Positions 1-12,274 of a stretch of 64,000 nucleotides of DNA are shown here, piece after piece. The stretch is from contig CATNEN010000007.1 in assembly GCA_950097015.1 (NCBI GenBank), positions 3,658,001-3,722,000 of the forward strand, written 5' to 3'. The position numbers and the translations under genes are program-made. The stretch comes from Macrostomum hystrix (taxonomy: Eukaryota > Animalia > Platyhelminthes). Every line of letters starts with the position of its first letter. The first letter of the stretch is position 1. Below the pieces are notes generated by a model. It was given only the letters and a program-made list of their open reading frames with translations. It was not told the DNA's origin and searched no databases.

Positions 1-625
1 CCGAATGACCGATTTTCGTCAAAGTCCACCATGGATCAACATTTTCCACCTTATAACAGCCGACATGGTCATAGGATGAAATTTTGTGAGCAGAAAAATG
101 ATGCCTATATTGTTGGTTTTTGCCACCAGACACACCGACGAGAAACGTTGAATGTCTCGATGATGACGAGTTTTGTGATTCTGGAAGTTGTTTTTATCGG
201 ATAGAGTGGAAATTTTGGCCCGTGATCTGGATTTCTGTTTTGATTATCTTGGGAGATACAGAAGGGAGACAAATGTGGGTATTTGAAATACCCCATGGTC
301 TTTCTACTATCAAGTAACTCAAGTAGGAAATTAATTTCGGGGTTCGTAGAAAGTCTGGAGAATCCGATCTAAAGACTCTTAGGAAGTTCGAACCGCAATT
401 GTTTTTAAATCCATCACTTTCGCATCAGATTAACAAAAAGACAATACGGTGCTGCCAGGTTCGACCATAGATTCTCCGCAATTTAATGTACTCTAAAATC
501 AGTTTGCGATTTACGACATCCCAGACATCTTGACAGTCGCATTGTTCCTATAGCTTATAGTTTGATTAAAATGTTTATTTCATTATTTTCACTGTGAAAC
601 ATTGCAAGGACTATGCAGTCCTCTC

Positions 626-1360
626 TCACACGAAGCTGAACTTCGCCCAGTCCTCGCTGTTCTCGATCTTAGATTCGACCTGAGCGTCAGTGAACAGCAG
701 CAGGCAGCACAGCCGCGACTTCTTGTTGTACAGCGCGCGTCTGCTGTTCGCGTCTCGACCAGCCACAGCCACGCAGTTGACAGCGCTCGGCATGCTGTGC
801 AGGTCTTTGTCGCAGTACTCGGAGCTCGGGTTGTAGCTGGTCCTCTTGAACGCTACTCGCTTCCAAGCTTTTGACTTCAAGTTGCTGACAGATCCGATCA
901 CAGGCTTGAACTCGCAGAGGTAACCAAAGCCAAGATCACAGTTACTGTTTTTCAGGCCTCCAGGATTTTCTGCATTGATAATTCGCACGCAGTCCTGGGC
1001 TTCTAGATCTGGTTTGTTTCGGTACCAAATGGTGTCATTAAAGGTCAGAATACCTTTGTCATTGATGAGCTACCAGCCTGACTTGTTATCGACTCGCTCA
1101 TTGGCAAGATCCGATACACCAATCCACAGGCTTGGGTTGGAATGTCGTCCTATTATCGAGTCAAACGCATTGTCCAGCTCGCCTCCACGCAATGCACAAT
1201 GCAAGTTGGCCTCGCACCACGAAAATGTAGGCGACGTGTTGTTGTACAGCCAGGATCCAGATGAGCTCGCGCTAAACGGATTCGGACACACCGACTCAGC
1301 AGGCACTGATGACAACAGAGCAGAAATCAGGTGGATCAGTGACACCGCCCAGAACTCCAT
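626..1360 (-). pseudogene. Secreted C-type lectin domain + PAN/Apple-like domain protein, intronless, interrupted by one in-frame TAG (1070-1072)
   Basis: ORFs 1070..1378 and 626..988 are in the same frame, and the 81 nt between them read LINDKGILTFNDTIWYRNKPDLEAQDC. ATG at 1360 gives a signal peptide (MEFWAVSLIHLISALLSS). WIG motif and CTLD Cys pattern present. Collinear with intact paralog 48663..49394, where the TAG position is CAG (Gln). AATAAA on the minus strand at 574-579. Confidence 0.85.
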
Positions 1361-2750
1361 CTCTCTAGCACCTGTCAATATTAGGTTGGGACTATCCTTT
1401 CCGAGCCGCAGCTTGTGCGTGCATCCATAATCTTTTCTATTCTACTAAGCAAGCATTGGTCTGTCGCTGCTTGCTCAGGGGAGTGTCGCTTCTCTCAGCT
1501 CAGGAACCGTTCAGCTCAGAAAGGAAATTAACGCAAATGAAAGCTGCAGCGTTAAACGTCAATTGTATTCTTCTCGGCCTGTCAAGTAAGTGTGGCTTGG
1601 CTTGAAATGAAGCTGAATGTTTAACGTTTCCGATGTATTGTTTCAGAAAATGGGAAATAACAAATCGACTTTCATAACACGCAACCTATTGATCGATCTC
1701 TCCGAATCGAATCGAAGCAGGTCTTTGTCAAAGATTCTCAACTAACCTGGCCTAGACATTTTTCTCTTAACGGCAAGATCAGACACCATGATTCACTAAT
1801 CTTCATTATCAGATAATAGTTTCTTCTATGAGTTGAAACTATTGGCCAGCCCGCCTCCCGTCGATTGGGTCGCACCACAAGTTCTGAATGTTCTCATTTG
1901 AGTTCTTGTACAGGAGCAGACGACTGAGCTTGCACTGAACTCACAATCTGCGGTACAGTATCGAGCGAGTGGAATGTAGTTTAGAGCAGTGTTTTTGCCT
2001 TGGATGAACCGGCAATCAGCAGTCGAACAAAGTTTACTTACACCTGAGCAAGAAGCTCTCGCTTCTTTAACGTCAATTCAGTCGCGCCATTGTTCTCTCC
2101 TGCCCTTGATTTGCTTTCGTTTTATTTCTCTGAATGGCAATTGACCTACTTACCAGAGTAAGACCATCGTGTAGAGACAGCCGTTGCTTTTGTCAACAGA
2201 AAAACCTCAAATAATTTGCTCGATTTTTATGAACTTGCAAATGTTCTAGGCAGTCATTCGACTACAGTTACAAATTACATTGTCCAGGAAAATTTCGAAT
2301 CCTGCTAAACAGTTAAAGGCAGACATCTTTTAGCAGAAAGCTTGATATGTGCCCCAGGATAATATGTTCCCAAAAAGAAAAAATATAAGTAAGGCGTAGA
2401 TAATGTAATGCAATATCCTAGCTAGACTATTAACATTCAGAAGCTTCAGACCCTGAAGCTTCAGCACTTTGACATCATTAGAAGTTGGTCAGGCTCAAGA
2501 CATTGTAACTACCTTAATTGTAAAGCAAATGGACAATTCGACAAAAAACCATGTACTCTCGAAATACATGAAAAAAGCGTGACGGAAAATGTTGTTTTGT
2601 CTATGGCATATCAGACCGCTAAAAATGTTTCTACTCTTAACAAAAGCTTAACGATTCATTTGCACCACTTTGTTTTAAATTAGATTTCTGCAGTCTCAGG
2701 GACGGTTTCTGCGCTCAGATTCACTGCTATGATCTGAGCACACACCGAGG

Positions 2751-3295
2751 ATGAGCTGCTGTAAACTTGTGCACCCACAGACGGTGCGTCGCAATTCATC
2801 GGACAGCATCACGATCAACTTTCTGATACCGAAGCTGGAGGCGCCACCGACGCTCAGTCAGGAGCACTTCCGTCCCGAGCGTATACTCAGCTGGACCGCC
2901 CGACTGTCCATCCAGCTCTCCCGCCAGCTCAACTTCAACCTTGCCATCCAAACAGCCAGCTGGCGGCTTGGACTCAGCGACGACTGCGACTTCTACTTCA
3001 ACTGCCTGCCGGAGCACGAAAAAATCAGCGGTCTGAAAGCACTGAATGTGATACCGATCAACACACCAGCTCAGGAGGACCTGCCACCTGGTGTACAGGT
3101 GAGACAATCACATTCACATGCTCAGAAACATTGCGTTATTCAACTTAGTAGAAGTTGTGGAAATTTATCAGATATCGCATTTGTACACAGATCTACATCT
3201 TCGTGAGCAGCAAGCAGAGTTCCATAAAATCTTCAACAGCCAGCTCGCAGAGTGATGACGACGACGACGACGACGAGGCTGATAACGCTGGGTAG
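2751..3295 (+). CDS. Two-coding-exon protein of unknown function (~150 aa, acidic C-terminus)
   Basis: join(2751..3098,3191..3295): CAG|gtgaga donor and tacacag| acceptor in phase 0 give ...PPGVQ|IYIFVSSKQ...SDDDDDDDEADNAG*. Coding-like codon usage. AATAAA at 3418-3423. No family recognised. Confidence 0.6.
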
Positions 3296-4104
3296 TGGAC
3301 TAGAACTGATAGAGCCACCATTAGAACCTTCGCTATGTATCACGAAAACATCCACTAAGGAACACTAGAAGTAGTACGACGTTGCACTCGCGATCTGTGC
3401 GTAATTTTATTGTGCGTAATAAAAATGCACTGAATATATGACTCATATCAGTTCTCTTTAAACAAGAAATTCAGCTGTGAGTTATACCCATCCGACTCAA
3501 CGAAGAGAAATTACTTACAGAAAACGGAAACTTGTCGTATCTAAAAGTGCAGCGTCCAACTACAACTAGTGGTCCTTAAAAAGCACAAATGTCCTAATTC
3601 TTATTCAAAGTGAGTTTCTCCGCAAAATGAAATTACGAGCGTATAACCAAAATGAGACTCATGAAGTATATTGTGCTATCAATGGATTCAGAATTAAAAA
3701 TATATTACAGTTACCTTTCGTTTATTATTCACCATTCAAATTTCTTGCTTCTGTTCAAAATATGCGTTAACTCTCTTTAACAAACAGGGCATTGACGATG
3801 TAATATAAAATCCATGACACATCCTATTTACGGTTAAAGATTTCATTGCAGGTTTAAAAAGTTTCTGAGCTGAAGAAAAGCTAAAGGATTGTCTTGATAA
3901 AAGTAATTTAAGTTTTAAAACACTTTTTTCAACTGTCACTACGACACCGAACCGATCATCCACAGTAAAAAACTACAAAATGACAACATACCAGCTACAA
4001 GACTCAGAAGTAAAACAATTTGCTTCGAATTTCCAAACGCCACGATAATTTCTGCTCTAAAAAGACAAACAAAAACTAAGTAAAACATAACCACAACTGT
4101 GACT

Positions 4105-7100
4105 ATCTGACACCATCTGACTTCACCTGACACCATCTGACATCACCTGACACCATCTGATCTCACCTGACAACATCTGATCTCACCTGACACCATCTTA
4201 TCTCACCTGACATCATCTGACTTCACCTGACACCATCTGACTTCACCTGACGCCATCTGACTTTACCTGACACCATCTGAATTCACCTGACACCATCTGA
4301 CATCACCTGACACCATCTGACTTCACCTGACACCATCTGACTTCACCTGACACCATCTGACTTCACCTGACACCATCAGATCTCACCTGACACCATCTGA
4401 ATTCACCTGACACCATCTGACATCACCTGACGCCATCTGACTTCACCTGACACCATCTGATCTCACCTGACACCTTCTGACTTCACCTGACACCATCTGA
4501 CTTCACCTGACACCATCTGACATCACCTGACACCATCTGATCTCACCTGACACCATCTGATCTCACCTGACATCATCTGACATCACCTGACACCATCTGA
4601 CATCACCTGACACCATCTGATCTCACCTGACACCATCTGATCTCACCTGACACCATCTGATCTCACCTGACAACATCTGATCTCACCTGACATCATCTGA
4701 CTTCACCTGACGCCATCTGACTTTACCTGACACCATCTGATCTCACCTGACACCATCTGACTTCACCTGACGCCATCTGACTTTACCTGACACCATCTGA
4801 ATTCACCTGACACCATCTGACTTCACCTGACACCATCTGACTTCACCTGACAACATCTGACTTCACCTGACACCATCTGATCTCACCTGACACCATCTGA
4901 TCTCACCTGACACCATCTGATCTCACCTGACATCATCTGACTTCACCTGACACCATCTGACTTCACCTGACGCCATCTGACTTTACCTGACACCATCTGA
5001 CTTCACCTGACACCATCTGACATCACCTGACACCATCTGACTTCACCTGACACCATCTGACTTCACCTGACACCATCTGACTTCACCTGACACCATCTGA
5101 TCTCACCTGACACCTTCTGACTTCACCTGACACCATCTGACTTTACCTGACACCATCTGATCTCACCTGACACCTTCTGACTTCACCTGACGCCATCTGA
5201 CTTCACCTGACACCATCTGATCTCACCTGACACCATCTGACTTCACCTGACGCCATCTGACTTCACCTGACACCATCTGATCTCACCTGACATCATCTGA
5301 TCTCACCTGACCCATCTGATCTCACCTGACACCATCTGATCTCACCTGACACCATCTGATCTCACCTGACACCATCTGATCTCACCTGACACCATCTGAT
5401 CTCACCTGACACCATCTGATCTCACCTGACATCATCTGACTTCACCTGACACCATCTGACTTCACCTGACGCCATCTGACTTTACCTGACACCATCTGAA
5501 TTAACCTGACACCATCTGACATCACCTGACACCATCTGACTTCACCTGACGCCATCTGACTTCACCTGACACCATCTGATCTCACCTGACACCATCTGAC
5601 ATCACCTGACACCATCTGATCTCACCTGACACCATCTGACTTCACCTGACACCATCTGATCTCACCTGACACCATCTGATCTCACCTGACAACATCTGAT
5701 CTCACCTGACATCATCTGACTTCACCTGACGCCATCTGACTTTACCTGACACCATCTGATCTCACCTGACACCATCTGACTTCACCTGACGCCATCTGAC
5801 TTTACCTGACACCATCTGAATTCACCTGACACCATCTGACATCACCTGACACCATCTGACTTCACCTGACAACATCTGACTTCACCTGACAACATCTGAC
5901 TTCACCTGACACCATCTGATCTCACCTGACACCATCTGATCTCACCTGACACCATCTGATCTCACCTGACATCATCTGACTTCACCTGACACCATCTGAC
6001 TTCACCTGACGCCATCTGACTTTACCTGACACCATCTGACTTCACCTGACACCATCTGACATCACCTGACACCATCTGACTTCACCTGACACCATCTGAC
6101 TTCACCTGACACCATCTGACTTCACCTGACACCATCTGATCTCACCTGACACCTTCTGACTTCACCTGACGCCATCTGACTTCACCTGACACCATCTGAT
6201 CTCACCTGACACCATCTGACTTCACCTGACGCCATCTGACTTCACCTGACACCATCTGATCTCACCTGACACCATCTGATCTCACCTGACACCATCTGAT
6301 CTCACCTGACCACCATCTGATCTCACCTGACAACATCTGATCTCACCTGACATCATCTGACTTCACCTGACACCATCTGACTTTACCTGACACCATCTGA
6401 TCTCACCTGACACCTTCTGACTTCACCTGACGCCATCTGACTTCACCTGACACCATCTGATCTCACCTGACACCATCTGACTTCACCTGACGCCATCTGA
6501 CTTCACCTGACACCATCTGATCTCACCTGACATCATCTGATCTCACCTGACCCATCTGATCTCACCTGACACCATCTGATCTCACCTGACACCATCTGAT
6601 CTCACCTGACACCATCTGATCTCACCTGACACCATCTGATCTCACCTGACACCATCTGATCTCACCTGACATCATCTGACTTCACCTGACACCATCTGAC
6701 TTCACCTGACGCCATCTGACTTTACCTGACACCATCTGAATTCACCTGACACCATCTGACATCACCTGACACCATCTGACTTCACCTGACGCCATCTGAC
6801 TTCACCTGACACCATCTGATCTCACCTGACACCATCTGACTTCACCTGACGCCATCTGACTTTACCTGACACCATCTGAATTCACCTGACACCATCTGAC
6901 ATCACCTGACACCATCTGACTTCACCTGACACCATCTGACTTCACCTGACAACATCTGACTTCACCTGACACCATCTGATCTCACCTGACACCATCTGAT
7001 CTCACCTGACACCATCTGATCTCACCTGACATCATCTGACTTCACCTGACACCATCTGACTTCACCTGACGCCATCTGACTTTACCTGACAACATCTGAC

Positions 7101-10100
7101 TACACCTGACACCATCTGACATCACCTGACACCATCTGACTTCACCTGACACCATCTGACTTCACCTGACACCATCTGACTTCACCTGACACCATCTGAT
7201 CTCACCTGACACCTTCTGACTTCACCTGACGCCATCTGACTTCACCTGACACCATCTGATCTCACCTGACACCATCTGACTTCACCTGACGCCATCTGAC
7301 TTCACCTGACACCATCTGATCTCACCTGACACCATCTGATCTCACCTGACACCATCTGATCTCACCTGACACCATCTGATCTCACCTGACACCATCTGAT
7401 CTCACCTGACAACATCTGATCTCACCTGACATCATCTGACTTCACCTGACGCCATCTGACTTTACCTGACACCATCTGATCTCACCTGACACCATCTGAC
7501 TTCACCTGACGCCATCTGACTTTACCTGACACCATCTGAATTCACCTGACACCATCTGACATCACCTGACACCATCTGACTTCACCTGACAACATCTGAC
7601 TTCACCTGACAACATCTGACTTCACCTGACACCATCTGATCTCACCTGACACCATCTGATCTCACCTGACACCATCTGATCTCACCTGACATCATCTGAC
7701 TTCACCTGACACCATCTGACTTCACCTGACGCCATCTGACTTTACCTGACACCATCTGACTTCACCTGACACCATCTGACATTCACCTGACACCATCTGA
7801 CTTCACCTGACACCATCTGACTTCACCTGACACCATCTGACTTCACCTGACACCATCTGATCTCACCTGACACCTTCTGACTTCACCTGACGCCATCTGA
7901 CTTCACCTGACACCATCTGATCTCACCTGACACCATCTGACTTCACCTGACGCCATCTGACTTCACCTGACACCATCTGATCTCACCTGACACCATCTGA
8001 TCTCACCTGACACCATCTGATCTCACCTGACACCATCTGATCTCACCTGACAACATCTGATCTCACCTGACATCATCTGACTTCACCTGACACCATCTGA
8101 CTTTACCTGACACCATCTGATCTCACCTGACACCTTCTGACTTCACCTGACGCCATCTGACTTCACCTGACACCATCTGATCTCACCTGACACCATCTGA
8201 CTTCACCTGACGCCATCTGACTTCACCTGACACCATCTGATCTCACCTGACATCATCTGATCTCACCTGACCCATCTGATCTCACCTGACACCATCTGAT
8301 CTCACCTGACACCATCTGATCTCACCTGACACCATCTGATCTCACCTGACACCATCTGATCTCACCTGACACCATCTGATCTCACCTGACATCATCTGAC
8401 TTCACCTGACACCATCTGACTTCACCTGACGCCATCTGACTTTACCTGACACCATCTGAATTCACCTGACACCATCTGACATCACCTGACACCATCTGAC
8501 TTCACCTGACGCCATCTGACTTCACCTGACACCATCTGATCTCACCTGACACCATCTGACTTCACCTGACGCCATCTGACTTTACCTGACACCATCTGAA
8601 TTCACCTGACACCATCTGACATCACCTGACACCATCTGACTTCACCTGACACCATCTGACTTCACCTGACAACATCTGACTTCACCTGACACCATCTGAT
8701 CTCACCTGACACCATCTGATCTCACCTGACACCATCTGATCTCACCTGACATCATCTGACTTCACCTGACACCATCTGACTTCACCTGACGCCATCTGAC
8801 TTTACTGACAACATCTGACTACACCTGACACCATCTGACATCACCTGACACCATCTGACTTCACCTGACACCATCTGACTTCACCGGACACCATCTGACT
8901 TCACCTGACACCATCTGATCTCACCTGACACCTTCTGACTTCACCTGACTCCATCTGACTTCACCTGACACCATCTGATCTCACCTGACACCATCTGACT
9001 TCACCTGACGCCATCTGACTTCACCTGACACCATCTGATCTCACCTGACACCATCTGATCTCAACCTGACACCATCTGATCTCACCTGACACCATCTGAT
9101 CTCACCTGACACACATCTGATGCTCAGACCTGACATCACTGACATCACCTCTGACACCATCTGACATCACCTGACACCATCTGATCTCACCTGACACCAT
9201 CTGATCTCACCTGACACCATCTGATCTCACCTGACACCATCTTGAATCTCACCTGGACAACATCTGATCTCACCTGACATCATCTGACTTCACCTGACAG
9301 CCATCTGACTTCACCTGACACCATCTGATCTCACCTGACACCATCTGACTTCACCTGACGCCATCTGACTTTACCTGACACCATCTGAATTCACCTGACA
9401 CCATCTGACATCACCTGACACCATCTGACTTCACCTGACACCATCTGACTTCACCTGACAACATCTGACTTCACCTGACACCATCTGATCTCACCTGACA
9501 CCATCTGATCTCACCTGACACCATCTGATCTCACCTGACATCATCTGACTTCACCTGACACCATCTGACTTCACCTGACGCCATCTGACTTTACCTGACA
9601 CCATCTGACTTCACCTGACACCATCTGACATCACCTGACACCATCTGACTTCACCTGACACCATCTGACTTCACCTGACACCATCTGACTTCACCTGACA
9701 CCATCTGATCTCACCTGACACCTTCTGACTTCACCTGACGCCATCTGACTTCACCTGACACCATCTGATCTCACCTGACACCATCTGACTTCACCTGACG
9801 CCATCTGACTTCACCTGACACCATCTGATCTCACCTGACACCATCTGATCTCACCTGACACCATCTGATCTCACCTGACACCATCTGATCTCACCTGACA
9901 ACATCTGATCTCACCTGACATCATCTGACATCACCTGACACCATCTGACATCACCTGACACCATCTGATCTCACCTGACACCATCTGATCTCACCTGACA
10001 CCATCTGATCTCACCTGACACCATCTGATCTCACCTGACAACATCTGATCTCACCTGACATCATCTGACTTCACCTGACGCCATTCTGACTTACCTGACA

Positions 10101-12225
10101 CCATCTGATCTCACCTGACACCATCTGACTTCACCTGACGCCATCTGACTTTACCTGACACCATCTGAATTCACCTGACACCATCTGACATCACCTGACA
10201 CCATCTGACTTCACCTGACACCATCTGACTTCACCTGACAACATCTGACTTCACCTGACACCATCTGATCTCACCTGACACCATCTGATCTCACCTGACA
10301 CCATCTGATCTCACCTGACATCAATCTGACTTCACCTGACACCATCTGACTTCACCTGACGCCATCTGACTTTACCTGACACCATCTGACTTCACCTGAC
10401 ACCATCTGACATCACCTGACACCATCTGACTTCACCTGACACCATCTGACTTCACCTGACACCATCTGACTTCACCTGACACCATCTGATCTCACCTGAC
10501 ACCTTCTGACTTCACCTGACGCCATCTGACTTCACCTGACACCATCTGATCTCACCTGACACCATCTGACTTCACCTGACGCCATCTGACTTCACCTGAC
10601 ACCATCTGATCTCACCTGACACCATCTGATCTCACCTGACACCATCTGATCTCACCCTGACACCATCTGATCTCACCTGACAACATCTGATCTCACCTGA
10701 CATCATCTGACTTCACCTGACACCATCTGACTTTACTGACACCATCTGATCTCACCTGACACCTTCTGACTTCACCTGACGCCATCTGACTTCACCTGAC
10801 ACCATCTGATCTCACCTGACACCATCTGACTTCACCTGACGCCATCTGACTTCACCTGACACCATCTGATCTCACCTGACATCTCACCTGACCCATCTGA
10901 ATCTCACCTGACACCATATTGATCTCACCTGACACCATCTGATCTCACCTGACACCATCTGATCTCACCTGACACCATCTGACTCACCTGACACCATCTG
11001 ATCTCACCTGACAATCATCTGACTTCACCTGACACCATCTGACTTCACCTGACGCCATCTGACTTTACCTGACACCATCTGAATTCACCTGACACCATCT
11101 GACATCACCTGACACCATCTGACTTCACCTGACAACCATCTGATCTCACCTGACACCCATCTGATCTCACCTGACACCATCTGATCTCACCTGACCACCA
11201 TCTGATCTCACCCTGACACCATCTGATCTCACCTGACACCATCTGATCTCACCTGACATCATCTGATCTCACCTGACACCATCTGACTTCACCTGACACC
11301 ATCTGATCTCACCTGACACCATCTGACTTCACCTGACGCCATCTGACTTCACCTGACACCATCTGATCTCACCTGACACCATCTGATCTCACCTGACACC
11401 ATCTGACTTCACCTGACGCCATCTGACTTCACCTGACACCATCTGATCTCACCTGACACCATCTGACTTCACCTGACGCCATCTGACTTCACCTGACACC
11501 ATCTGATCTCACCTGACACCATCTGATCTCACCTGACACCATCTGATCTCACCTGACACCATCTGATCTCACCTGACAACATCTGATCTCACCTGACATC
11601 ATCTGACTTCACCTGACACCATCTGACTTTACCTGACACCATCTGATCTCACCTGACACCTTCTGACTTCACCTGACGCCATCTGACTTCACCTGACACC
11701 ATCTGATCTCACCTGACACCATCTGATCTCACCTGACACCATCTGATCTCACCTGACATCATCTGACTTCACCTGACACCATCTGACTTCACCTGACGCC
11801 ATCTGACTTTACCTGACACCATCTGAATTCACCTGACACCATCTGACATCACCTGACACCATCTGACTTCACCTGACACCATCTGATCTCACCTGACACC
11901 ATCTGATCTCACCTGACACCATCTGATCTCACCTGACACCATCTGATCTCACCTGACACCATCTGATCTCACCTGACACCATCTGATCTCACCTGACATC
12001 ATCTGATCTCACCTGACACCATCTGACTTCACCTGACACCATCTGATCTCACCTGACACCATCTGATCTCACCTGACACCATCTGATCTCACCTGACACC
12101 ATCTGATCTCACCTGACACCATCTGATCTCACCTGACACCATCTGATCTCACCTGACATCATCTGATCTCACCTGACACCATCTGACTTCACCTGACACC
12201 ATCTGATCTTACCTCACACCTTCAG
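4105..12225. repeat. Giant 20-bp minisatellite (CACCTGACACCATCTGAYYT), ~400 copies, ~8.1 kb
   Basis: Read directly. The unit is a dimer of two related 10-mers. Variant units recur in blocks. Confidence 0.99.
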
Positions 12226-12274
12226 ATATTTTCTATCAACTTTCTATCAAACCTAGATGCTGCTGTCCAGGACC

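Noticed and set aside
1-317. Short ORFs at the window start (Cys/acidic motif plus hydrophobic stretch)
   Set aside because: No consistent frame, splice model or recognisable motif; may belong to a feature outside the window.
602-1430. + strand ORFs 602..874 and 975..1430
   Set aside because: Antisense shadows of the lectin pseudogene.
2796-3107. 103-aa minus-strand ORF
   Set aside because: Shadow of the + strand exon, which has the splice signals and coding-like codon usage.
3736-4136. Hydrophobic minus-strand ORFs next to array 1
   Set aside because: AT-rich with no family motif; better explained as a non-coding terminal exon or intergenic DNA.
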